Assembly (NCBI GenBank): GCA_021513715.1
Contig: CP084167.1
Span: forward strand, 1,792,001-1,856,000
Reading direction: 5' to 3'
DNA from: Candidatus Heimdallarchaeum endolithica
GTDB lineage: Archaea > Asgardarchaeota > Heimdallarchaeia > Heimdallarchaeales > Heimdallarchaeaceae
Length of the DNA: 64,000 nt
The translations under genes and the position numbers were made by a program. The notes below the pieces were generated by a model, which saw nothing but the letters and a program-made list of their open reading frames with translations, made no database searches and was not told the origin of the DNA. Within the stretch, counting starts at the first letter, position 1; each line of letters starts with the position of its first letter. This document shows, piece after piece, positions 20,835 through 30,729 of the stretch.

Positions 20835-21587
20835 TTATTCAGAAAATCGTTCTAATACTTTTACTTGCGATTTTCCTTTTGACTTCGTCATTATTTCATC
20901 TAAGAAGTCTGCTTGTAATCCAGCGGGTATTTGAATAACTGCGACTAGTGAACCATCATCAAGCCATTCTTCTTGTAATAACTCTCCTTTGCTATGTAAA
21001 ACTCCATAAATTGGTCCAGTATAACTCGGAGGTATTTTTACAGCTAATTTTACAGTTTCTAACCTAATTGGCATAACAGGTTTTAATAATTTAATAATTT
21101 CATGAGCTTGATCTTTAACTTGTTCATTAAACTTTATATTCACCCCAAGGTCCAAAATAGCTTTTTCCAATCGATCTTTCGGAATTGGAGTATTTGTACG
21201 AGGATTTATACAGTGTAGATGAATATAATCAACAATTTCTGCTCTCTTCTCTTTCTGGATCTCTTGCCTTTGCTCTTGTGTAAGCTGTAAATTTCCCTCT
21301 TTAAGGATTTTTACAGCTATTTCTCTCTCAGTTAGATCACCAAAAACAGCTACAATGTCATCCTCACTTGCTTTTTCTCCTCTTGATAAGTTTTCATAGA
21401 CTGTATATGATTCAAAAATATCATCAATAGGAACATCTTCTCCTTGTCTAAACAACCAAGCAGGCTCTGGATTAACTAATAATTCAAACCTTCTTCCATG
21501 TGTTTCCAATCTAACTTTTGATTTTCCTCTTAAATCAATACGTCTATCAATAGTACTTCCAGTGTATCCATGACCCATTTTTTTCAC
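20835..21587 (-). CDS. sbdS: Ribosome assembly factor SBDS
   Basis: RFELLV, QLTQEQR, INPRTNTPIP. Confidence 0.93.
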   Translation of the reverse strand: MKKMGHGYTGSTIDRRIDLRGKSKVRLETHGRRFELLVNPEPAWLFRQGEDVPIDDIFESYTVYENLSRGEKASEDDIVAVFGDLTEREIAVKILKEGNLQLTQEQRQEIQKEKRAEIVDYIHLHCINPRTNTPIPKDRLEKAILDLGVNIKFNEQVKDQAHEIIKLLKPVMPIRLETVKLAVKIPPSYTGPIYGVLHSKGELLQEEWLDDGSLVAVIQIPAGLQADFLDEIMTKSKGKSQVKVLERFSE

Positions 21588-21739
21588 ACTCTAGAATGTC
21601 AAAGTTGAAATTTTCCTTTTTAATATGATATTCAACACCTAATTTATAAGGCTTATTAAGATTGAGAATAAACAAACATTATATCAATATTTAAAAAAAA
21701 TAAAAGGACAGACACACAAATAAAAAAGTAGATGAAAAT

Positions 21740-22576
21740 ATGCCTGAAGGTCCAGAAGTAGAATGTGTGAAAAAAGCATTACAAAAGCTTATAGGTGAAA
21801 AAATCAAAAACATAGAGCTAACAGAACACTCACAAAAATACAAAAAATACAAAGGAAAAAATAATCAATTTAAATATTTCAAGGGAAAAACGATTAAGAA
21901 AATCGTTAGATATGGAAAATATTTTGTTTGGGAATTCGATACTGATAAAGTAATTCTTAATCATCTAGGAATGACAGGAATGTGGTATCTGAGTAATAAA
22001 ATTGAGATAAAAAATGCAACTCATCCAAAGTTGTTTATAAAAACAATGTCAGGAATCATTGCTGTTTTTAATGATATCAGAAATTTTGGTCAATTAAGAA
22101 TTTTTAACAATCTTTCAGAAATAAAGGAATATCCACCTATAAAGAATCTTGGGATAGATGGATTGGCTCTTCCTTTCCCAACCGAACTTTTTATTAGAAA
22201 ATTAAATGAAAAAAAATATGCAAACAAGCAAATAGCTAACGTTCTACTTGAACAGAAGTTAGTTGCAGGAATAGGAAACATATACAAGTCTGAATCTTTA
22301 CATCTTTCGAAGATAGACCCTCGTAAAACTGTAAAAGAGCTTTCATTAGAAGAGAAAAAAAGATTAGCTAAGGCTATATCTCAAACACTACAAAAAGCAG
22401 TAAAAAGTGGAGGAAGTTCAATAAACACTTATAGAATGCCCTCTGGTGAAGAAGGGAGAGGTCAACTTTGGCATCAAGTTTATCGAAAACAATATTGCGC
22501 AAATTGTAACTCAAAAATCAAAAAGATAGTCCAAAATAAAAGAACAACTTACTTTTGTCCAAAATGTCAAAATTAG
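21740..22576 (+). CDS. mutM: Fpg/MutM-family DNA glycosylase
   Basis: N-terminal PEGPEV, HLGMTG, DIRNFG, GIGNIY, C-terminal zinc finger with RTTYFCPKCQ. Confidence 0.92.
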   Translation: MPEGPEVECVKKALQKLIGEKIKNIELTEHSQKYKKYKGKNNQFKYFKGKTIKKIVRYGKYFVWEFDTDKVILNHLGMTGMWYLSNKIEIKNATHPKLFIKTMSGIIAVFNDIRNFGQLRIFNNLSEIKEYPPIKNLGIDGLALPFPTELFIRKLNEKKYANKQIANVLLEQKLVAGIGNIYKSESLHLSKIDPRKTVKELSLEEKKRLAKAISQTLQKAVKSGGSSINTYRMPSGEEGRGQLWHQVYRKQYCANCNSKIKKIVQNKRTTYFCPKCQN

Positions 22577-22606
22577 TTAAAACTCTTTGTTTCAATATTT
22601 CAATTA

Positions 22607-22945
22607 TCAACTTGATTTTTGTACGCAAATCTTGCGCTCGGGAAAGATCTATCCTGGAGGGAGGAAGAACTTACCACTCATTGAGCCAGAGGAGGAGGTT
22701 GAGTGCTCCTCCTCCACGGAAACTAGAAAATTATTTTTCTTCTCACGTGAGAAAGGATAAAAGGAAGACCAAGAACTAAAGAAAGGTAAAAAAAGAGAGG
22801 ACAAACCTTTAAATCCTATATTATGAGAAGCGTTACGGTCGCTGTTGAGCTCTAAACCACAAGCAACACAACGATAGAGTCCTCGACTAACTCGTGAAGT
22901 CTTGGAAGTACGGCCACATTGAGAACAAGTTTGACTGGTGTAATG
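22607..22945 (-). pseudogene. tnpB: tnpB 3' remnant (Zn finger + RuvC-III) with downstream structured omega-RNA-like end
   Basis: YTSQTCSQCG...RCVACG...DRNASHNI; hairpins GGAGGAGG-N9-CCTCCTCC and CGCAA-N3-TTGCG. Boundaries approximate. Confidence 0.8.
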
Positions 22946-22973
22946 AAAATACTCCAAAACAGTTAAATCTGTT

Positions 22974-24959
22974 TTGATGGAGATACTCTTAATGAGCTTA
23001 GAAAATTTAATAAAAATTGTTTCAAAAGAATTATCTGGAGAACGTGCAAAGAGATACACAGAAAAAGTTTCTAATTATCATAGAATACAAGCTAGTTCAG
23101 GATTCTTAGATGCAATTGGATTTATAAAAAGTGAATTAGAGAGAATAGGAGACAAAAATTATAAGGTTGAGGAATTTATCGCAGATGGTAAAAAAAATAA
23201 TTATTCGTGGTATTCTCCAATCTCCTGGGAAATTAATGATGGTTTCCTAAGAATGATAGAACCTGAATGCTTTTACTTGTGTAGGTTTAATGAAACACCA
23301 GAAAGTATTGCCACACATTCAAAGAAGACAGATGTTAAAGCAGAATTAGTTGATATTGAGGATGCAACCAACAAAGAGATTCTCAAAAAAGAGAATATTG
23401 AAGGTAAAATTGTATTAACAAGCGCTTCTATTAAAAGCATAAAAGAAAAAATTTTCGAATTAGGCGCTCTAGGAGTCATAATTTATCCTACAGAAAAACG
23501 TGCAGTTGGAAAAGAAAATTTGATTCAATATGTTGGATTGTGGCCAAATGAGGAAGATGCGGAAATGACAACATTTGGCTTTTCAATATCTAGAAAACAA
23601 GCAATGATGCTAAAGAATTATCTTAAAAAAGAGAAAGTGGTTCTTCATGCAAAAATTGATTCTAAGCTTTATACTGGAAAACTCCACGTTTTGACAACAA
23701 AAATAGATGGAAATAGTAAAAATGATGGAGAAATCGTTTTAATAGCACACATTTGTCATCCCTACCCTTCTGCTAATGATAATGCATCAGGAAGCGGACT
23801 ACTATTAGAAATATTTAGAACATTAAAAAAACTAGTAGAAAAAAAAATTGTTGTTCCTAAAAGATCAATCAGATTTTTATGGGTACCAGAATTTAATGGA
23901 ACAATTCCATGGATAAAAAAACAAGTAGAAGAAGGTATATGGAATCCCGTTTTCTGTATCAATTTAGATATGGTAGGTGAACATCCAGGAATAATTGGAG
24001 AACCATTTACTGTAAGTCAATCAAGTGTTTCCATACCATTTTTCCTTAATGATTTAATAGCAGAATTAATAGAAAAATGCAAGGACAACCCATTATTAAT
24101 TGAACAGTCAGGTTGGAACCACCCCTGGAATTGTAGAATGAAACCTTTTGCAGGAGGTTCTGATCACATTTTATTTACAGATGAACCAGTTAGAATCCCA
24201 TCAGTAATGTTTGGGCATGAAGACAGATTTTGGCACACAAATTTAGATACAATAGAGAAGGTTGATTCAACAGAACTAAAACGTGTTGGTGTCCTTACAG
24301 TTTCTACAGTTTTATCATCTATAAATGAAACACAATTCAGTAATGAAATTCTGTTGTCATACATCACAGGATTTATGAAAAGAAAAAGTCAAGTTATTGC
24401 ATTTTTACAGAATAAATTACAAAACTTGCAGAAAAAAAGCGCTAATTATGTAGAATTAAGCATACTAGAAAGATTATGTGATACTTTTTTCGATAATGAA
24501 AAAGAAAAGGTAAGAAGTATTAAAAATCATTTTAAAAACTTCAATGAAGAATTGCTAGAATTTGTAGAGTCAGAGCTAAACCACACAAAAAATGAAATAA
24601 ATAAACTAACACCAAAAAGTGAGACATCCAGTAATATCAAAATTGACGAATTATATTTGAAAAAAATTGAAAGAAAATGGAAAGGTCCATTTAACATTAG
24701 CGAAATTTTTTCTTTGTTAAACAAAGAGAAAGAACAAGAAAATATCCTTAAAGAAGAAGAAAAAAGTTTGATTAAGTTTATTCAATCATCTTATTTTGGT
24801 GGATCAGTGCTTGAGTTAATAAATTTGATTAACAATAGAAGAACACTACTAGACATTTTAGTGAATTACACATTAGCCTTTTACAACATTCCTGAATTAA
24901 GCGCAATTGAAAATTTCTTCAAATATTTAAAGTCTAAAGAGCTTATTAAACTATCGTAA
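22974..24959 (+). CDS. M28-family metallopeptidase with PA domain (DUF4910-like); start probably 22992
   Basis: AHICHP..ANDNASG, WVPE, INLDMVG, GGSDH, WHTNLD. Confidence 0.88.
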   Translation: MMEILLMSLENLIKIVSKELSGERAKRYTEKVSNYHRIQASSGFLDAIGFIKSELERIGDKNYKVEEFIADGKKNNYSWYSPISWEINDGFLRMIEPECFYLCRFNETPESIATHSKKTDVKAELVDIEDATNKEILKKENIEGKIVLTSASIKSIKEKIFELGALGVIIYPTEKRAVGKENLIQYVGLWPNEEDAEMTTFGFSISRKQAMMLKNYLKKEKVVLHAKIDSKLYTGKLHVLTTKIDGNSKNDGEIVLIAHICHPYPSANDNASGSGLLLEIFRTLKKLVEKKIVVPKRSIRFLWVPEFNGTIPWIKKQVEEGIWNPVFCINLDMVGEHPGIIGEPFTVSQSSVSIPFFLNDLIAELIEKCKDNPLLIEQSGWNHPWNCRMKPFAGGSDHILFTDEPVRIPSVMFGHEDRFWHTNLDTIEKVDSTELKRVGVLTVSTVLSSINETQFSNEILLSYITGFMKRKSQVIAFLQNKLQNLQKKSANYVELSILERLCDTFFDNEKEKVRSIKNHFKNFNEELLEFVESELNHTKNEINKLTPKSETSSNIKIDELYLKKIERKWKGPFNISEIFSLLNKEKEQENILKEEEKSLIKFIQSSYFGGSVLELINLINNRRTLLDILVNYTLAFYNIPELSAIENFFKYLKSKELIKLS

Positions 24960-24989
24960 AAACTAAAAAACTACCGCATAGCACTTTTT

Positions 24990-25090
24990 ATGATTTACTT
25001 TCTTACGTAAGTTTTTCGCACTCAGTCTTTCAAGAGAGAAAACTAACAAAAGTTTAATCTCTTGAGAACTCAACCAAACATACAATGGCA
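24990..25090 (+). mobile_element. Divergent left-end remnant related to the 48195-48566 element
   Basis: ATGATTTACTTTCTTACGTAA matches ATGAGATACTTTTTTACGTAA at 18/21, and AAACATACAA occurs at the same +86 offset in both. Confidence 0.55.
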
Positions 25091-25237
25091 GCAGAGTCAA
25101 ACTAGAAGCCAGATTATTACCCATAATAATTTTTTAACATGCGATTTTCTAAATAAAATTTCAGAAACGAAATTATTTTAATATATGAAAGGTATACACC
25201 TTTAAGGAATTTAATATAAAGTTGGAGAAAAAGTAAA

Positions 25238-26017
25238 ATGTCTAAAGATCAAGTAAAAAGTTTAGTTAATTCAGTAGCTGTATTAAAAGAAATGGTTGAA
25301 AATATCGTCAAAGTTGTACAAAAAAGATTTGAAGAATTTGAACAAGAAATTACAGCAATAAAGAAAGAACTTCAAGAAATCAGATCAGGAGCTAAAGTAG
25401 AAAGTTCTACTTATGATTATTCAGGATTAGAAAATAAGTTAAACAAATTAGAAACTCGGTTAGAAAAGTTAAATGAGAAGTTCCTTCTATCAATTGCAGC
25501 AAAAACTGTTGAAAAAAGAGAAACAGAAGTGATTCCTAAAACTCCAGCTCCAGAACCAAAACCAACTCCAGTAACAGCACCAACCCCAGAACCAAAACCA
25601 ACTCCACAAGTAACAGCACCACCTCCAGAACCAAAACCAACTCCAGTAACAGCACCAACCCCAGAACCAAAACCAACTCCACAAGTAACAGCACCACCTC
25701 CAGAACCAAAACCAACTCCAGTAACAGCACCAACCCCAGAACCAAAACCAACTCCACAAGTAACAGCACCAGCGACTAAACCAGTTCCTTCTAGCGAAAG
25801 AGATGTAAGTCCAATTGCCAAAGAAGCACCAAGTGCACCAATTCCTTCACCCCCAAAGGTTGCTCAACCTACCACTCCACAGCCTTTTACTCCATCACGC
25901 ATTGATAGAGTAGCAAAATCATTAGAAAAACAAGAAACTCCAAGTACAACAGAGGAACCTGCCTCAGGAGACAAAGCAGAGTTATTAAAAGCATTAAAGG
26001 AATTAGAAGAATTGTAA
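25238..26017 (+). CDS. Coiled-coil / Pro-rich repeat protein with C-terminal amphipathic helix
   Basis: N-terminal heptads, PEPKPTP repeats, PSAP motif, ends AELLKALKELEEL. Confidence 0.85.
   Translation: MSKDQVKSLVNSVAVLKEMVENIVKVVQKRFEEFEQEITAIKKELQEIRSGAKVESSTYDYSGLENKLNKLETRLEKLNEKFLLSIAAKTVEKRETEVIPKTPAPEPKPTPVTAPTPEPKPTPQVTAPPPEPKPTPVTAPTPEPKPTPQVTAPPPEPKPTPVTAPTPEPKPTPQVTAPATKPVPSSERDVSPIAKEAPSAPIPSPPKVAQPTTPQPFTPSRIDRVAKSLEKQETPSTTEEPASGDKAELLKALKELEEL
25548..25771 (+). repeat. Coding tandem repeat: 75-bp unit (36+39 bp) x3
   Basis: PEPKPTPVTAPT-PEPKPTPQVTAPP three times, near-identical at DNA level. Confidence 0.95.
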
Positions 26018-26080
26018 CCTTTTTTTTTAAAAAAAATAAGTAATGTAATAAGAAGAAAATTCTTTAATGCTTAAAAATCA

Positions 26081-27127
26081 TTGTGTATAATGATTTTTCC
26101 ATTTATAATTTATCTATTAGCGTTTGTATTACCAGCATCAATTTCTCTTGCTATATTTCCATTTTTCATAAAAAAAATGTTATCCATAGGTAAATATGGA
26201 ATTGATATTCACAAGAAAGAACAACCAAAAGTTGCTGAAATGGGAGGAATAGTTACTTTATTTGCAATAATACTTAGTTCAGTAATTTTGATTTTACTAG
26301 TACAAGAACAATCAATGAAATTGGAGATCATGGTATTTACTATAACTTTAACAATAGCAGGAATTATAGGGATTATCGACGATATTCGCCCACTGGGAGC
26401 AATTATGAAACCTATACTGCTATTGCTTGCAGCAGCACCTATAATAATTTCAGGTTATTTTACTCCACAACCAGTATTACCATTTGTTGGAAAAACTAGA
26501 TTAACAATCGTTTACTACCTCTTACTCCCATTTGTAATTTCTGTTACATCTAACTCAGTTAATATGATTGATGTTTATAATGGTTCTATGGCTTCAACTA
26601 CAATAATTATTTTAGTTTGCATTTTCATTTCTAATGGAATAATAAATGGTTTCCAATTTACTACTCTCAACACAACTAACATCTATATTTTGATTATGCT
26701 AGCTGCAGCTTTTTCATTTTGGCTTTTCAATCGATACCCTGCTAAGGTTTTTGCTGGAGACACGGGTAGTTTAATTTTTGGTGCAGCACTTGGTGCAATT
26801 GCTGTACTCGGTAAACTGGAAATAGTTGTAATAATAGCAATGATTCCTTTGATAATGAACTCTTTTGGAATTATAAGCAGTGTAAAAGGATTAAAAGAAA
26901 GAAGAGAGATTAAAGTACGTCCAACTTCAATGACTGAAGATTGGAAGCTTCAAGCAACAAGAGATTCTGGAGCACCTATTACACTTGCAGGATTAGTCCT
27001 ACAAAAAGGGCCATTACGGGAGGATGATGTAGTAAAAGCTTTTAATATTTTAGTTATTAACAGTGGATTTTTGTCTATAATTACAGCAATATTAATCTGG
27101 GTAACAGAAACTTTTTTGGTGAAATAA
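26081..27127 (+). CDS. UDP-GlcNAc:dolichol-phosphate GlcNAc-1-P transferase (MraY/GPT family, AglH-like)
   Basis: VAEMGG, GIIDD, NSVNMIDVYNG, FNRYPAKVFAGDTG. Confidence 0.9.
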   Translation: MCIMIFPFIIYLLAFVLPASISLAIFPFFIKKMLSIGKYGIDIHKKEQPKVAEMGGIVTLFAIILSSVILILLVQEQSMKLEIMVFTITLTIAGIIGIIDDIRPLGAIMKPILLLLAAAPIIISGYFTPQPVLPFVGKTRLTIVYYLLLPFVISVTSNSVNMIDVYNGSMASTTIIILVCIFISNGIINGFQFTTLNTTNIYILIMLAAAFSFWLFNRYPAKVFAGDTGSLIFGAALGAIAVLGKLEIVVIIAMIPLIMNSFGIISSVKGLKERREIKVRPTSMTEDWKLQATRDSGAPITLAGLVLQKGPLREDDVVKAFNILVINSGFLSIITAILIWVTETFLVK

Positions 27128-27397
27128 ATGAAGTATTATAAAATAGTTCCAAGATTGAGGAGTATAATAGGATTAGAATTTTTTGTTTTTGTAACATTTT
27201 TAGCTATCTGCGAATTAATCAACATACTAATTGTAAATCTTATCCCAAACACCACCGATACATTCTTAGCTTTTGTATACGGATTTTTAGAGATAGGAGG
27301 AAGCGCTATTTTAGTTGGAGTTTGGTTAATAATCTGGTACGTTTTAACAAAAAGATTGATGAAAAATAGTAAATTAGAATCTGCAGCTAAAAAATAA
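27128..27397 (+). CDS. Small 2-TM membrane protein
   Basis: Abuts the upstream stop codon; two hydrophobic helices. Confidence 0.65.
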   Translation: MKYYKIVPRLRSIIGLEFFVFVTFLAICELINILIVNLIPNTTDTFLAFVYGFLEIGGSAILVGVWLIIWYVLTKRLMKNSKLESAAKK

Positions 27398-27417
27398 AAA
27401 GGAAAAATACATTAAAG

Positions 27418-28083
27418 TTACGAAGAAACTTTTTGCGATTCTAAAAGATATAATCGTTTCTTTAGTGAATGATATTTTTTCGCAAATTCTAGGCTTGAAA
27501 CTTCATAATCCTCAAACTTCTGTTCGAGAGCAAACAATTCATTTTCTACTTTTAATATTTCATCCTCAAGTAGTTTTGATTTCTCTTGAGCGATAACATT
27601 TTCTGAAACGCTACTTCTTTCTTTTTGCTCAATTTCTGCTAATTCTTTTCTTTTTTGCTGTAATATTTGAACTAATTGAGATTTTTGATTATTTAACATT
27701 GCTATTTCTGATGTTGGATCTTCCCATGTAGTTTCTGCGTAGGAAACCATTTTTGCCTTTACTCTTTGAAACAGGCGTTTTACTTCTGCAATTACTTGAA
27801 ATATGTGATAAGTTGGTCTCCACCTGGCTAACATTCTCATTGAAAGAATTCCATCTTCTACATTTGGATGTTCCATAGGGGTATTAACATAGATAGTTGG
27901 AGGGATATTTGGGAAATCATTCGAAATAACAATCTCTATTTCTGCATTTTTTGTACCTGTATAGGTTTGAACTGGAACATATCCTTTCCATATTCTTAAA
28001 TTACCATCCTTAGGTTCAAAACCATAAGCTCTTTCATAAATAAATTGGGCCTCTCGACTTAGGATTTCATCAGAAATAGTCAT
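27418..28083 (-). CDS. UEV (inactive UBC) / coiled-coil / Vps23-Vps37-core-like ESCRT-I protein
   Basis: FPNIPP...HPNVEDGILSM (no catalytic Cys), WRPTY, coiled coil, C-terminal FEDYEVSSLEFAKKYHSLKKRLY helical hairpin. Confidence 0.78.
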   Translation of the reverse strand: MTISDEILSREAQFIYERAYGFEPKDGNLRIWKGYVPVQTYTGTKNAEIEIVISNDFPNIPPTIYVNTPMEHPNVEDGILSMRMLARWRPTYHIFQVIAEVKRLFQRVKAKMVSYAETTWEDPTSEIAMLNNQKSQLVQILQQKRKELAEIEQKERSSVSENVIAQEKSKLLEDEILKVENELFALEQKFEDYEVSSLEFAKKYHSLKKRLYLLESQKVSS

Positions 28084-28277
28084 ATTTAATCAACACTCCT
28101 TGAATCTAATTAACGAATCCCCTATAAATAACTTCCTTTTTAACTTTGAAGATTAACTCTTATTCTCTAACTACAGAAATTCAGTTTACAAAATCCATTG
28201 TTGTTAGAAGATGGACGCTTGTTAAAATTAGGTATCCCTAACTTTAAAAATAAAATAGTTGGAGTTAGATTCAAACA

Positions 28278-30122
28278 GTGGAAAAAATGAGAATCGCAAT
28301 TATCGATATAGAAAAGTGTAAACCTTCAAAATGTGGCAAAGTATGTTACAAATATTGCCCTCCAGTAAGGATGGGACAAGAAACTATTACATTTGATGGG
28401 TCAGAAAATAAAGCTGTTATACATGAAGAATTATGTACTGGGTGTGGTATTTGCATTAAAAAATGCCCTTTCCATTGTATAAAAATTATAAACTTACCAG
28501 AAGAGTTGGATGATCAGGTTACACACAGGTATAGCATTAATGGCTTCAAACTACACAGATTACCAATGCCTTCATTTGGAAGCGTGATAGGATTAGTAGG
28601 CCAAAACGGCTCAGGGAAAACTACAACCCTTAACATTCTATCTGGAGAATTAAAACCAAACCTCGGAAACTATGAAAATCCTCCTGAATGGGATGAGATA
28701 ATTGAACATTATAGAGGAACAATAATCCAAGATTACTTCTCAAAGTTAGTAAATAAAGAATTAAAAGTAGTAAAGAAACCCCAAAGCGTTGATAGACTAC
28801 CCAGAGTAGTTAAAGGTAAGGTATCAGAACTGTTGAAAAAAGTCGACGAAAGAGGAATTATTGACGAAATAAAAACAGAGTTTTCTTTAGAAAATGTATG
28901 GGATAGAGAAATTTCTAAACTTAGTGGAGGTGAACTTCAACGACTTGCAATTGCAGCCACAGTAGTAAGAGATGCCGATGTTTACATGTTTGATGAACCA
29001 ACTAGTTACTTAGATATAAATGAGAGAGTTCGTATTTCTAAGTACATCAACGATATGCAAGCAACAAATAGAACAATAATTGTTGTTGAACATGACCTAG
29101 CGATGTTGGACTATGTAAGTGAAAATATTCATATCTATTATGGGCAAGCAGGAGCTTATGGAATTGTAAGTCAACCAATGAGCGTCCGTGAGGGAATAAA
29201 TGTTTTCTTAGATGGTTATATTCCCTCAGAAAACATGCGTTTCAGAGACACTAGCATCATATTTAGGAAAGCTTCACTAGCATCAACAAGCTTATCACAC
29301 AGGATAGCGATTAGATATGGAGATATAACAAAAAAATTTGATACATTCAAACTGCAAGTGAAAGGAGGAGAAATACATAAGGGAGAGGTTATAGGAATAA
29401 TAGGTCCAAATGGTATAGGTAAAACAACCTTTGTAAAGATACTAGCGGGAGTATTAGAACCCACCACAATGTCTCAACCTATTGAATTGTTGAGCGAAAT
29501 CCTTGAAATAGACAAGAAACTTGCAGATGATGAAGAGAAAAAAGTAATTGTAAGCCACAAACCTCAATATCTCTATACTGAATCAGAAGAAACAGTAGAA
29601 AGTTATCTAAGAGAAATAAGTCCTGAGATTCTTACTGGAGCATGGTACAGAACAGAAATAGTTAAACCACTAGATATAGAGAAATTAAAAGATCAACCAT
29701 TAAATGAATTATCAGGAGGAGAACTTCAGAGAGTTTCTATTGCAGCATGTTTATCTAGAAAAGCTCATTTATACCTATTAGATGAACCATCAGCTTATAT
29801 TTCTGCAGAAGATAGAGTAAGTACTGCGAGAGTGATAAAGAGAGTAATTAGTCATTATGAAGCAACTGCTTTAGTAGTGGAACACGATGTAATGATGCTT
29901 AATTTTCTAAGCGACAATCTCATTGTCTTTGAAGGAACCCCTGGAAGAGAAGGAAAAAGCACTTCTATTATGTCTCTACAACAAGGAATGAACAAGTTTC
30001 TCAAAAAAATGGAAATAACTTTTAGACAAGATCCAAAAACTCTTCGACCACGTGTTAATAAGAAAGATTCTCAATTGGATAAAAAACAAAAAGCTGAAGG
30101 AAAATATTTTGTTGCTCTTTAA
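28278..30122 (+). CDS. abce1: ABCE1/RLI ribosome recycling ATPase
   Basis: N-terminal Fe-S Cys motifs, two ABC domains with LSGGELQR, RPRVNK. Confidence 0.96.
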   Translation: MEKMRIAIIDIEKCKPSKCGKVCYKYCPPVRMGQETITFDGSENKAVIHEELCTGCGICIKKCPFHCIKIINLPEELDDQVTHRYSINGFKLHRLPMPSFGSVIGLVGQNGSGKTTTLNILSGELKPNLGNYENPPEWDEIIEHYRGTIIQDYFSKLVNKELKVVKKPQSVDRLPRVVKGKVSELLKKVDERGIIDEIKTEFSLENVWDREISKLSGGELQRLAIAATVVRDADVYMFDEPTSYLDINERVRISKYINDMQATNRTIIVVEHDLAMLDYVSENIHIYYGQAGAYGIVSQPMSVREGINVFLDGYIPSENMRFRDTSIIFRKASLASTSLSHRIAIRYGDITKKFDTFKLQVKGGEIHKGEVIGIIGPNGIGKTTFVKILAGVLEPTTMSQPIELLSEILEIDKKLADDEEKKVIVSHKPQYLYTESEETVESYLREISPEILTGAWYRTEIVKPLDIEKLKDQPLNELSGGELQRVSIAACLSRKAHLYLLDEPSAYISAEDRVSTARVIKRVISHYEATALVVEHDVMMLNFLSDNLIVFEGTPGREGKSTSIMSLQQGMNKFLKKMEITFRQDPKTLRPRVNKKDSQLDKKQKAEGKYFVAL

Positions 30123-30126
30123 ACCT

Positions 30127-30558
30127 TCACTTTTTATCTTTTAAATGATCAAACCATTCTGGAAGTTTAATTTCATCTATTGGTACACTATCTCCAGGCA
30201 AATATGGCTTGATATCCAACACCGGAGTTCCATCTATAGCATCAATTCTATCGATAAATATTTTATTTCCTTCTATTTTCAGAACTTTAACTTTAGTCAA
30301 TCCAATAGGGTTAGGTCTAGCCGGACTGCGACAAGCGAAAACTCCTGTTTCCACCTCCACATCGAGATTTGGAGGATGAGCTAACACTTGTGAACGATCT
30401 TTAGATGTATCTCTCATTGAAATCCACCATAATACAAAAATATAGTTGAAAAATTGGAGATGCCTTAATCCTGGAGAATAATGTTTAGATAATTCAATAA
30501 AGCAAGAATCTTCTTCAATTCTAACTTTTCCAATTTGCTGTATTTTGAAATATGACAT
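30127..30558 (-). CDS. tsaA: tRNA m6t6A37 methyltransferase TrmO/TsaA family
   Basis: GVFACRSPARPNPIG, DGTPVLDIKPY. Confidence 0.9.
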   Translation of the reverse strand: MSYFKIQQIGKVRIEEDSCFIELSKHYSPGLRHLQFFNYIFVLWWISMRDTSKDRSQVLAHPPNLDVEVETGVFACRSPARPNPIGLTKVKVLKIEGNKIFIDRIDAIDGTPVLDIKPYLPGDSVPIDEIKLPEWFDHLKDKK

Positions 30559-30729
30559 AATGTCACTTTTTTCTCATTTCTTATCAAACTTTCTCTTTAA
30601 ATTTAGATTATAACTCTTTATTTGAAATGATTTACTTTTTTACTTAAATTTATGAGTATTACAAAAGTATATAGCAAAAAAAGACTATTTCAGTCTATTA
30701 TTTAGAAAAAAGGATAGGAGACGGATTAT

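Noticed and set aside
22940-22992. Fourth end of the unknown element at the tnpB truncation (ATGAAAATACT, GAGATACTCTT)
   Set aside because: Short match, wrong spacing and no TTACGTAA repeat
25548-25771. CRISPR array
   Set aside because: No unique spacers, in-frame coding repeat, no cas genes in the window
25417-25821. Three antisense ORFs over the Pro-rich repeat
   Set aside because: Shadows of a stop-free repeat
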